A stretch of DNA of 62,538 bases, the filler included, from Dugesia japonica (Eukaryota): NCBI GenBank assembly GCA_001938525.1. It is 5 parts of 5 records of this genome, joined end to end, with 100 filler letters (N's around TTAATTAATTAA, not from the genome) between each part and the next. Parts side by side here need not be neighbours in the genome. Positions count along the whole stretch, not along the records: positions 1 to 10,464 come from MQRL01638412.1; positions 10,565 to 23,792 come from MQRL01600738.1; 3 more parts are not named here. One strand, given 5' to 3'. The notes beneath the pieces were generated by a model. The model had not been told where the DNA came from. It made no database searches and saw nothing but the letters and a program-made list of their open reading frames with translations. Of this stretch, positions 1-11,941 are shown piece after piece. The position numbers and the translations under genes were made by a program. The number at the start of each line of letters is the position of its first letter. Positions within the stretch are counted from its first letter, which is position 1.

Positions 1-519
1 TTTTTTTATTATAGTTATAGCTTTTATCATTATAGTGTTCAGATGTGCTACAACCCCTTCCAGCAAGAACAAAGCATTTTACGAATATAAGAAAATAATT
101 ATTAATTAATAATTTCAGCCAAATGAAAGCAATTAAAATGAAAAATAATGTTTTAATAATTCTATTATTATATAATAATGTAATTCAGATATCTGTTTTA
201 TTAGTGAAACAAATATTAGTTATGATTTGAAAAATGAATTATCGATTAAAGATCTACCTAACAAGGTGGCAGTGGTAAATACCGATTCTATTACAGATTC
301 GTTATTGCCGAAAGTGTTTTACAGAGCAGATGATATTGAGAAATTTATGAAGCGGCGTGAATTAGTTTTTTAGGATAAAAATATTAACCATATAAAACAA
401 CAGGAGAGATTAGTCTCTTATTTGTTAGATGATAATTTATTGGAAGAATATGCGAAAAAGATCAAATACTCATACGTTATTTAAATCGTTATTTAAAATT
501 TTTAAACAAATACTCATAT

Positions 520-601
520 TTCACTAAAATAAAGAAAAAACTTCGATCAAAATAAAATTTTATTTTATTTTGATCGAAGCTTTTTCTTTATTTTAATGAA
601 A
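520..601. repeat. Palindromic repeat (CTTCGATCAAAAT...ATTTTGATCGAAG), dispersed family
   Basis: Arms of ~40 nt are near-perfect reverse complements. The same core and downstream CGATCAATGGTTA.GTCCAACAATTATTCTC recur at 42315-42490. Confidence 0.7.
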
Positions 602-739
602 TCTCAAATGCGATCAATGGTTAAGTCCAACAATTATTCTCACCATAATTGCAATTATAAATACTCATGTTATTTAAATTTTCATCTAAAATGTAAATAT
701 TTTTAAATAAAAAGATTTTATAAAAAATGATTCTGAAGC

Positions 740-1340
740 AGTACATTAAATATCTAGTTCTTATAGCATTCCATAGACAAGACAAGGAAACAATAAGAAA
801 AAGCGTTTCTTGAGAAGTGTTTATTCTGATTTGGATGTCCAAGAGAGATAAGACTAGATTGTGGAAAAGTCTATGAATCCAGAGTGATGAGAGAGTTTGC
901 ACAGAAGCTATATATTAAACTTTGCTTTTCGAGTCCCGATTATCACAATACAAACGGACAAATTGATAGACAGTTCAAAACAATTTAATGTTTCATTAAT
1001 GCGACACTTCAGGAGAAGAAGACAATATATTGGACATATATTTTACCCGAAATAGAAGTAAAGATGAATGCAGCAAAGCAAAAGACGACTGGAAAGAGCC
1101 CGGCTTAAACCGTATTTGAAAAGAAAATAGCAGATATTAGTGGTACGAGTCAAAATTTTCAGAGAGAAGTAAGGAAAAAATTTCAGAAGTGACTATTAAT
1201 AATGAATTCAAAATAGGAGATCATGTCCTGATCAAGAAATAAAAGCTAAGACAGATTTCATGGTTCTTGACGAATAATTGAGAAAATTCAAGAAAAGCGG
1301 TATGCGGTACAAAGAGAAAATAGATGCCATTATAAAGAAA
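740..1340 (+). mobile_element. Degenerate Gypsy LTR-retrotransposon integrase remnant
   Basis: Manual translation gives FSSPDYHNTNGQIDRQFKTI, WTYI/LPEIEVKMNAAKQKTTGKSP and EFKIGDHVLIK, with stops and frameshifts. Confidence 0.65.
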
Positions 1341-2254
1341 TGAGGAAAAATTAGAAAGTTTCTTAAGGGATATAAGGAAATAAATATTAATTAATAATTT
1401 TAGCCAATAGAAATAAATAAATTTATATTTGATTATAATTATAACTATCCTCATTATAGTGTTTTGATGTACTACAACCAAGCGATAACAAAGCATTTTA
1501 CGACTTAAAGGAAATAATTATTAATTAATAATTTCAGTCAACAGAAATAGATTAAATTGAATACTAATATTTTATTAGTTCTATTATTATATAATAATTT
1601 AATTTAGATATCTGTTTTAATAGTGAAATAAATTATGTCTACAAACATTAGTTGTGATTTGGAAAATGAATTATCAATTGAAGATTTACTTAACAAAGAC
1701 AAATGTCCTTTAGATAATGTATAGATATTTTTTACCTTTGAGTCAAATAAATCAAAAACCAAGTTCATTGGTTTAAAATGGAGTCTAGGTGAGTTTTTAA
1801 ATTTAAATATTTACTCTTTTTTACTGTCTCACTTAACTGAACACGTAACTTGTTCATGATATCTGTTAAGTCATTCCAAATTAAACGATACCATGACGAT
1901 ACTTAACGTTGAAGTCTGGTCGAGAAAAGACTTCATCAAATATTCGTTCAATCATAATTAAGTATGCAAGAACATTTATAAATAGAAACAAAAATTTTGA
2001 CCAATCGCAATCGAGTATATGTAAACTCTAAATTCGTAAATACTTTGTTGGCGGGAGAACANNNNNNNNNNNNNNNNNNNNNNNNNNNNNNNNNNNNNNN
2101 NNNNNNNNNNNNNNNNNNNNNNNNNNNNNNNNNNNNNNNNNNNNNNNNNNNNNNNNNNNNNNNNNNNNNNNNNNNNNNNNNNNNNNNNNNNTCAAAAAAT
2201 AATCAGGAAAACAAATGTCTGATATTATAATTGGAGAACTTAATGACTTGTATT

Positions 2255-3800
2255 ATAATTTGCAGGATATCGAAGGGCAATAATACGATAACGGGTTCTC
2301 TGTGGGGTAGCGAAAAAACAGGGGTGCAATATAGAATTAAACAATATGATTAACGAGCATTATATGTTTCAAGCAATAGATATGTTCTCAATTTTGTTTT
2401 TTATGATATGGTAAAAGCATCCTTGGAAACCTTTAATTTCTTCAACATTTCTCAAAAACTANATTTAATTTTTAGGTATCTAATTTTCGAGGATTAACTT
2501 TGAAATCATTGAGTGACATTTGATAGTAGACTAGGATATATGCCCTAAAACCTTTGAAAATTTTTTTTGGAAAATGAATACAATGGCTTGCTAAGCTTTT
2601 ACGAAAACCAAAGAATTGATACTTTAATAAAAGGAGATCTTGGGTTTATTAAATTTTATTAAACAATTTAAGTTTTTGTGTTCAATAGTTATTTAGCATA
2701 AAATACTAGATTCCATTAATCCAATAAACAAGTTAATGCAGAAAAAATATGTAGCCTTTGCACTTGATATTTTTCAAAACTGCAAAAAGTTTTTCAAGAA
2801 TATTCGATCAGATTCGTCCTTTGATGAAGTTATTATCGATGTAAAAAAATGGTTACTGAAATTGAGGTGAAGACTAATTTTGGATCAACAATAACACCAC
2901 ACTGTATAAAGAGAAGTAAAAGGAAATTTTCATGCGGAGTACGAGATAAACCCATCGAAGATCCAAAAGAAAAATATAAAATAGATTTTTTTATTTTACA
3001 GTCGAACAAGCACTAAATACACTAGATATTAGATTTGAACAACTGGGTAATCATAGTAACTATTTTCAATTCTTATATAATTTTTAGGGTTATGTATGAT
3101 ATAGCTCGTAAAAATATCACTCCATAATCTGCTAACGAGGTTTTAATGCAATCGATATAGAGTTGATAGCAGCTACAATGACTTTTACCCAACGTTAAGA
3201 GTGCATGAGCGCATCTTATTCCTGTCCATTGTCGATCGGTTTATTTTACCAGCTAATTTACTTGTTTTTCCCGAATATACGTAGATCGATATTTGGTTAA
3301 TTTTTCCCGATAATTTAAATTACTTTCCTCAATAAATTTTTGATTTGCCGGGAAATTAATTTTATTTCCCCATTTTCTTTTATTTGTTGTTTACTTTCGT
3401 TTATGGCTGTTTTTATTAGAGATAAAGACTCAATCTAATATATACAATTTAAATGCCATGTCTAAAATAATACTACTAAAACACTGTAATCTAGAATATA
3501 TTTTAACTGATGGTGATTCTGTTGATATAAATGGGGTAAAACTAGCAGGGAAATTTCATACGTATCTGCGCTTTTGGACATAACAGAAAGCATAAGCTAT
3601 GTACTGAGCTTAATTACAAAGTTAAATAGTGCCCCAAACCTTACTATTGCTTAAGAATATTGCTAAAAATACCAATAACTGTAGCAAGGGACAAAATCAG
3701 TTTCTCTAAGTTAAAATTAATTAAGAATTTTTATCGTTCGACTACAACACGAAATCGTTTCAATGGTTTGGCCATTTTGGCAATTAAGTAAAAAGCTACT
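2255..3800 (+). mobile_element. Degenerate hAT (ZMYM1-like/Tip100-type) transposase
   Basis: Fragments DIEGQ*YDNG, DKPIEDPKEKYKIDFF and the hATC dimerisation motif IPITVARDKISFSKLKLIKNFYRST. Interrupted by stops and an insertion around 3085-3450. Confidence 0.75.
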
Positions 3801-3822
3801 GATCAAGTAAATTTAAAATATG

Positions 3823-5311
3823 AGTAGGTAAATAGTGGCGCATGAGCCCACCGCCCTCCGGCGTAAAAAGATTTCTACAAATTTTTTTATTTAAAATTAT
3901 TTCTAAAGCCTTATACAAAATATATAGGGATTTCAACTTTATNCATTTTATCTATTCATTGTCTTCCCTAAAAAGGCTTATTTTTCGAGATATTTGACAT
4001 TTTAAAAATTTAGACTCTAGGGAATGTCTTTAAATATTCCTACTTGAAACCAATATCATTGAATTTAAAATCAAAAACTGTTTATTCATTACTTAAAGGA
4101 CTATTTTCGTAAAATTCTTTCTTTACGGTGTAAAAAGAAGGTCAGTAGAGTAGGTAGATATTCGCTTCTCAGTCCAATTTTTTTATTTTATTAAAAAACA
4201 AAAGGTATGGTTGGATAGAAAATTAAAAAGCAAGATAGCTAAAGAACAAAAAGAAACACACATAATTCAAACCAAGTTCAACCAATAAAATAATTGCAGA
4301 TAAACTATATATTAAATGCTTATAGACATCTGGTATAATAGCAAAAGCTTTCAATAAATTTTCATTATTTTAAAATGCAATAAATAATAACTATAACTAA
4401 ATAAAATGTCTTGACCATAACTGTAGAATGTGGAAAGCCTACGGAATTTCATGGACTTAAATTAAAACTTTTCAAGAGACCCATAATACATTTATTTCAA
4501 GTAATATTATTAGTATTCAGTATTTTTATTTAGAGATCTGTTAAGATATAACGTTATACTTATAGTATGTTGATATTTGATATCAGTTTAAATGATAAGA
4601 ACATATTAAATTTGTTATTGACAAAAGAATGAAACCGTCAGTTTTAATAAAAGATATAATATTAAAAAAAGTTTTTCATCAATTACGATAATTCTAATGG
4701 AACTATATTTGACAAATCTAATAAATATAAATTAAATTCTTTATCTTTTGTGTATAAAGCTCTAAGCAATATCTTTAAAAATAGCGGCTTTAGATCTTTT
4801 TAAAATCTTCAAAAAGAAATATGAGTGCCGTGAACCGCTTAAACCAAAATTTGAACTCGATAAAAGTTAAATTAAATTCTACATATATGTCCAAAGTTGA
4901 TTTTCATACTATATTTCTTTCGACAGCTAGAGGGATGAAATGAGTCGTCACAACCAATATCTCGAAAACAAAGCATTTTTCGATGGTAGTCTTTTAGGTC
5001 ATGTAAGGTAATCCTTGATTTTCATAGAAATGGAATCGGTTTCGACTCAAAAAAATGAAAATACAAAATATTTAAAATTTTCAAATTTCAAATAACCTCT
5101 TACCATGACGTTCTACAAATTTTTAACGCAATAATAAAGTCCGTCATTACACATCCAACGATACCAATTTTATGTATTTAAAATAAAAATTTATCACTAA
5201 AATCAATTTTTAAAATAAAAAAAGTAAAGGGTAAAAACTAAAAAAAATCATCGACAAAATTTTTTTTCCGCCAAAGGGGAAGGTGAGCTTATGTATCACT
5301 ATTTATTTATT
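3823..5311. mobile_element. Non-autonomous TIR element with AGTAGG termini and 6-bp TSD (putative Polinton/Maverick derivative)
   Basis: Left end AGTAGGTAAATAGTGGCGCATGAGCCCACC matches the reverse complement of the degenerate right end GGTGAGCTTATGTATCACTATTTATTTATT. AATATG lies at 3817-3822 and 5312-5317. No ORF inside. Confidence 0.7.
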
Positions 5312-7377
5312 AATATGTAGCAATTAAGTTTGAAGAACTGAACAACAGTTTTTTTGTGATGTTATCGAAGTTAATGCCACTATGTTTTTTACAAGAAAAT
5401 TACTCGGTTTGAAAATGCAATATTTTCACAACGCACCAATAAGTTCTTAGGAATAAAGAATTGGTCAACCAAATATAACAATCGAATTCGTCAATTTGAA
5501 AGAACAATACATTATCATTTTTATTCCAAGTCTTTGTTACGAAAGGATAAGGATGTTACTGAATCTCTGTTATTGAGCATGGTTTACACTAAGTAAGCAT
5601 TAAATATTTAATGTAATATAGAAGGAATTTTGTTTACATGTAGAGGCGCTCAATTTTCTGTACAGATGTTATTTGAAACCAATTTCTTCCTGAAGCCATA
5701 TGTTTTGATAAACGTGACTTTGTCGACCCTTTTAAAAGCATTTGANNNNNNNNNNNNNNNNNNNNNNNNNNNNNNNNNNNNNNNNNNNNNNNNNNNNNNN
5801 NNNNNNNNNNNNNNNNNNNNNNNNNNNNNNNNNNNNNNNNNNNNNNNNNNNNNNNNNNNNNNNNNNNNNNNNNNNNNNNNNNNNNNAAAACGTTATTGGA
5901 TTAATACAAAAATTTAATCATTAATAACTTCAATTTCGGTTTCCGGGTCAGGTTTGTGCTACGTTGTCTAGTTAGATTGCTTTAAAAACCCGGGAAGTTT
6001 AAAAATCCGTTCATTATTAATGCAGTTTACATTAGTTATTCGTATAATGTCGTAATCCATAAATATTTAACCCTAATTACAATCTCAGTCAACTGAACTA
6101 AACCATATCAATAAATATCGTTGTGAAAACTATATATTTGTTTAAATACATCAAATTAATTTTAATATTCTAAGTTCACTACGAGGTTTTATTTGCCAAA
6201 TGATAAACATTGCTTACAAAAGATGAGGTAAAAGAAACGAGTGGGTAAACACGTTTAAGTTCAAACTCCGCTACATATAATATACTGCTATTTTATTCTC
6301 TGTAGAAACGCTCATAAGATAGAAAGTTGGTAGTGTCGATTAAAACCCTCGTGTTGTAATTGTGGGGTTCCACACAAACGGTATTCTTAGAATCCAGCGG
6401 TGTCCATCGTATATGATTGATTTGCAATCCATGAATTTTAAATAAAATACAGGTATAACTGTGCAGGGCATTAATTTATTTTTTAAAAAAACACAAGATA
6501 ATCACGGTGTTTTTTGTCTAGATTGATTGAAACTTTAGATTCTTTCTGTATCTCCGGCCGTTTTTCTAATGAGAGCATCTCGAAAAAAAAATAAAATTTT
6601 GTTTCGTCTGTATGTTTACTCAGCGTAGTGGCTATTAAGAGAGCCAAGTATTATTGTGCTTAGAAGAGTCCTTGTTACTTTTTCATGATCTGAAACATTA
6701 ATTTAACAAAATGCCGAGTAAAGCCAGATTTAGCTCTGTGGTCAAGATTTAATTGATGAGAAAGTGAGAATCCAAAACATCATCAGTATGCTATATTGTC
6801 TATCTCTATAATACATATACAACTGATATTATCAGTCCATTTGGTAGAGCATTAGTTTTTGAGAAACAAAGCCAAATTAATTTTATAATTAATAAATTAT
6901 TATTTTTGTTTCAAATTAATTTATTCAATTTCTATTTTAATTATTACTTAATTAGTGTTGCTTTAATGATATTCTCTCTTAATTTATCTTAGGTTAATTT
7001 AATTTAATTTTTTAATTTTCTTTATTTATTTTGTATTTATTCCTAAAAGTTATTTAATTTTACAATATTTTTAAAAATTAATATTTTTGTGCAGATTTTA
7101 CTGAATTGATGATTTGTGCTCTTTTGCCATACTTTGGCGCTTTCAGCTTATTTTAAGGTTTTTCACACCAATATTCTACAAATAACAATAATATTCATAA
7201 CAATTTTTATAATCCAAAATTAAAGTAAAAATTAAACTAACTACGAAAGAACACACATATCAAATGTAATAGTTTATGAAAATTATAGTTTATTAATCAC
7301 AAAACAGAGTAGCTTAGGAAAGGTATAGTTTAGTAAACACAAAAATAGCAATTTTTTTGAAATTAATAGTTTACTAC

Positions 7378-10047
7378 TCACAAAAAAGAGACTTTTCTTG
7401 CCTTGTGCAAAGCAAATTGTGAAATTAAGTCATGCATTTCTAAATTATCTAAGATTTCATGTTCAATTGAAATTATTGATATATTACCTAGACGTTCCTG
7501 GAGCATAGTAGATCTTAAATGATTTTTAATTATCTTTAATTTTGAAAACAATCTTTTACCTGTTGCAACTGAGATTGGTAATGTTAATAAAATTTTGGTC
7601 ACAATAAATATATTTGGGAATGTTGCCTGAAGATCATTTTGTAAAATATATAATAATATAGATTGAGGTTTAATATCTTCTTTTAAAAATACCTTTAAAG
7701 TTTTTATCTCTTCGAATAAATCATTTCCATTAATATCAGACTCATTTCTTTGTTCGTCAGTTAATTTCAAATGCACATCTTTGCAAAAGTATTTCTTCTG
7801 TTTCATCTTTAATATTATGCATAAATCCAAATATATCATTATACAATTTCAGCGTTTCGAATCTTGTTGTAATTGATACTAATACTTGGTCTATAATGCA
7901 GAAATAAAATTTAATTTTAAAATTTGCTTTTGGATCTAATATTGGTTCATCCTTGCCTTCATAATCAAAATTTGTTGGTTTTTTTCTTATTCTTAAACTT
8001 GTAACTTCTGGAAATTTANNNNNNNNNNNNNNNNNNNNNNNNNNNNNNNNNNNNNNNNNNNNNNNNNNNNNNNNNNNNNNNNNNNNNNNNNNNNNNNNNN
8101 NNNNNNNNNNNNNNNNATCTAACGCGGTAACGCTTCTCTTGATATCGGTGTTTGGGTTCTGTAATATTTGACTAACTACATTAATTTTCAGCAAAATTTC
8201 AATAACAATGGAACATAAATAAAGATAACTTGATATTTTTAGTGAAAGTGAATTTGCTACATGTCTGGTTTTAAAGTCAATCAGTTGATAATTTGATATT
8301 TCAAGAAGAGATTCATAAATTTTTTTAGTATGATACCTTAGTGGTTGGATGACATCAACTCTACTTGACCACCTTGTATCGCTCAGGGGTTTTAATTTTA
8401 AATTCGTTAAATATTTTACTATTCTCGCCCATCTTTTAGTTGACGCCGAAAAAATACATATATTTCTTTTACTAAATCAAAAAATGTTATTGTTTCATGT
8501 GAAAATGTGCCGCATCATTAACAACTAAATTTAAGCCATGAGCAGAATATGGTACAAAAAATGCTCGTGGATTTATATTTAAAATTCTTTTTTGTAAGCC
8601 ATTGTGCTTTCTACGCATAATGGTACAATTATCATATCACTGTCTACGCATATTATGAATATTTAAATTGAGATTTGAAAGTTCTTTTGAAACAAAATCG
8701 GTTAACTTCTCTCCAGTATTATTTGTTATTGGATAGAAACCCAAGAAATGTTTACTTAATTTAATTATTTTTGATTCCAAATTCACAATTCTTATTACAA
8801 TAGTTAATTGCTCGGTATGATTAACATCTGGTGTGCAATCCAATATAATTGAAAAATATTTTGTTNTTCTAATTAAATCTAATATAGCGTTTTTAATACT
8901 TGTGCTAATAATATTGATAATTTCGTTTTGTATTTTATCCCCCAAATAACGAGGCATATATTTCAAATTTTTTCGAGACTTTTCAATCCGTTGTACATGC
9001 TCTTGCATAATAGGGTCAAATCTAGCAACCATTTCTACTGCTTTCAAAAGGTTTCCATTATTATTTGCATATAATTGATTTGACTTTCCTCTTGTGGCAA
9101 GACATTGTCTAGAACGATATTGAATAATAGATATTATTCGTTGAATTACTTCATCCCAATACTTTCTTCCGGCTTGTAATAGTCTTTGGTTCGCAGCATC
9201 AACTGTAGTATTATTTTTTAATGATTTATTTAACAATATCCATTTTTTTATATTTTCATTATGAAACTGACTTTTTTCATGTCGAGACAAAGTTAACGAT
9301 AAATGTTGCCAATCAGAAAAACCAGATGAATCGGCTAGACTGCTTTTATTACCGAAATCAAATATCTTACAACAAAAACTATACACAGCATTTTTTGTAA
9401 TAGTTGATATTTGATTGCTTGACAACGCTGTTGGTGTATTTTGAAAATATTGTGAAAGTGAATTCTTCAAACTCTGTATAGATTTCACTTTATTTAAACG
9501 CTGCTGTTTATATTGCGCTCCAGATAAAAGTTTAGTTTTTCTTCCGGTCGTATCTAAGGGTGCAAATCATACAAATAATAAATATCTAACATACATAATA
9601 ACAATGTTGGTTAACAAAAATATAGAAAACATTGCATTATACTTACCAAATTCTATAATATAATCCTGCTTTCTAATCTAACAAATTGTAATGTATATCT
9701 CTATCTTTTTTCGTAATGTATATCTCTAATTTTTTTTAAATAAAAATCTCTTATTGATTTTTATATATTTTAAAACTAGCAATGTTGATTTGGTTCAAAA
9801 ATTAAAACACTAAATGACTATGACAAGATAATGACAGATATTTGAAAATTAAGCTGGAGTGCGCTCAATGACACCACACACACAATGGGTGCATTCAATG
9901 ACAAAATAGTCGTAATCTTTTTTTATTTTACAAAATGAACATTTTTTTTTTAGTTTTTGCAAATGGTTTTTATTTCAAATTTGTCGCTCTTTCAAACGGC
10001 CGCCTGAGTGCAACGCGTGCATTGCACACCCGCTTGGAGCATCCCTG
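7378..10047 (-). mobile_element. hAT DNA transposon, ZMYM1-like/Tip100-type transposase pseudogene
   Basis: ORFs 8637-9488 (GFSDWQHL..HEKS..H; NNGNLLKAV; YFSIILDCTPDVNHTEQL), 7757-8194 and 7378-7839 (FPNI..LTLPISVATGKRLFSKLKIIKNHLRSTM, hATC). TRWSSR motif near 8365. Putative TIR start CAGGGATGCTCC at 10047. Confidence 0.9.
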
Positions 10048-10464
10048 GTCCTACATACTATACTTCTTCTACTGGTAAATTAGGTCATTTTTAATTTACT
10101 GTTTACCGTGAATAGGTAGATAGTGGTGCACTATCACAAAGACATTTTTAAATTTTAAAAATTGAATTTAAAACGCATATATACACGCTATAGTGACATA
10201 CTTGGTATCGTTGGAATTGTAATTAGATGACAAACATTACTACTATCTCCGAATTTCAATCTGACGTATTAGTGAGAAGTTATTAAATATTTTAAATTTT
10301 AAATTTAAAAAACCATGTATAGGCACGAAATGATAAACTTTTTGAAAATATTTTGATAACAATCGATAGAGAAATATAAACTACCTATTTATTCTTAAAA
10401 GAACCCATATCGAAAAATGCATGCTTTACAAGGAAATTGAAAAACAAAGAACTTTTAAATTAAA

Positions 10465-10564
10465 NNNNNNNNNNNNNNNNNNNNNNNNNNNNNNNNNNNN
10501 NNNNNNNNTTAATTAATTAANNNNNNNNNNNNNNNNNNNNNNNNNNNNNNNNNNNNNNNNNNNN
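10465..10564. other. Artificial assembly linker N44-TTAATTAATTAA-N44 (also 23793-23892, 40192-40291, 53453-53552)
   Basis: An identical 12-mer with stops in all six frames, centred in 100-nt N blocks, four times. Confidence 0.9.
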
Positions 10565-10985
10565 AGAGGAGAAGTGTTGGGATGAAATCCTTCCAAAAGT
10601 TGAGTTTTCATTTAATTGCACAATATCAAAGGCGACAAGATTCTCTCCGATGGAAGGAAAATTAATACTAATTCAACGAAAGAATTCAAGAGTAACCGTA
10701 AAGAAGTTCTGGAAAAAGTCGAAAGTAACCTAAACGAAGCTTCGAAAAAAATAATGAATCAAGAAGGAAACCGAGTTAAAAGGGAATTTAAAGTTGGAGA
10801 TAAAGTTCTGGTAAAGAGAGATCCGACAAAACGAAAGAAAAATGATTATATATATGATGGGCCTTTCAAAATTATGGAATTCCGACCACCTCATCAAGTA
10901 AGATTGCAGAATTCAGAAGGTTCAAAATACAGACGTATAGAATGGCTGAAAAGGTGTTAACAATCTGGAAGAGACGGAGAAGTTG
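10565..10985 (+). mobile_element. Gypsy integrase C-terminus with polypurine tract
   Basis: WDEILPKVEFSFN; REFKVGDKVLVK..YDGPFKI (GPY/F motif)..RRIEWLKR; purine tract GGAAGAGACGGAGA after the stop. Confidence 0.85.
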
Positions 10986-11169
10986 GAAATAAATGTGATC
11001 TTGAAGTTTTGTTTGTATATTAAAATGTAAATAATACATATATTTTCGAAATTTAAGATGCCTGTTATTTCTGATTTGACTGTTTCAATATTTTTTCATC
11101 CTTAAAATTAAGGCGTTTATTCTTGTTAATAAATGTAGTAACAGAGGATTGAATTTATTGAATTAAGAT

Positions 11170-11400
11170 TGAACTTATTATTTAGCAAATCCTGTTTATT
11201 CGAATTTTCTGAAAGGAGCGATTTAGAAAATGCCTATTCAATTTGGGCTTTAAAATTAATTTCATCTTTTTATATTTAATACAATGTGATGGGCCAAGTT
11301 TTAGGAGATTAAATTCATCATCAGTTAAAGTATAGTTTGAATTATTTATTATTGTATTTTGAATATTAAAATCAGAAATATCAAACATTAATTTAAGTTT
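11170..11400 (-). mobile_element. Penelope-like element, N-terminal ORF fragment
   Basis: IINNSNYTLTDDEFNLLKLGPSHCI resembles the PLE pre-RT motif (V.NLS...LT..E..LL..G..F). Confidence 0.55.
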
Positions 11401-11941
11401 AGCAAGTTATATATGAGAATAATTATGGCAATTAAATTAAATTAGAATTGCAAACAGCATTCACATGTCGTAAAAGTGATTAAAAATACATTAACAAAGC
11501 AGAACTGAGTACTCAAGATAATAGAATTCCTAACTTAACTTTTTAACTTTTCTATCAATTAGCTTCACTTATACCAAGAGATAATTGTATTCTTCTAAGA
11601 GTTTGTTATTATATTTACTTTGATTATTTTTAAAAGAGGAATTCCTTACATTCACATTTCATTTTTATTCAAATCATTATGTGAATATAAAAATATGTAA
11701 CCATAACTTATCGGTAAGTGTAATATGAAGAACATTTACATAATCGTATGATTCACATGTTATATTCAAATGAATGATTGAACATTTAAAAAATATTCAT
11801 ATTGTATCTACTAGTAAATATTATCTTCAACAAATTACCGTTAATTATTCATATTAATCAAAATTATCTGATAATAATATTAATATTTAATTTACTTGAT
11901 TTTAATTTAATTTATTATATTTTAATATAGAATATTAATAC

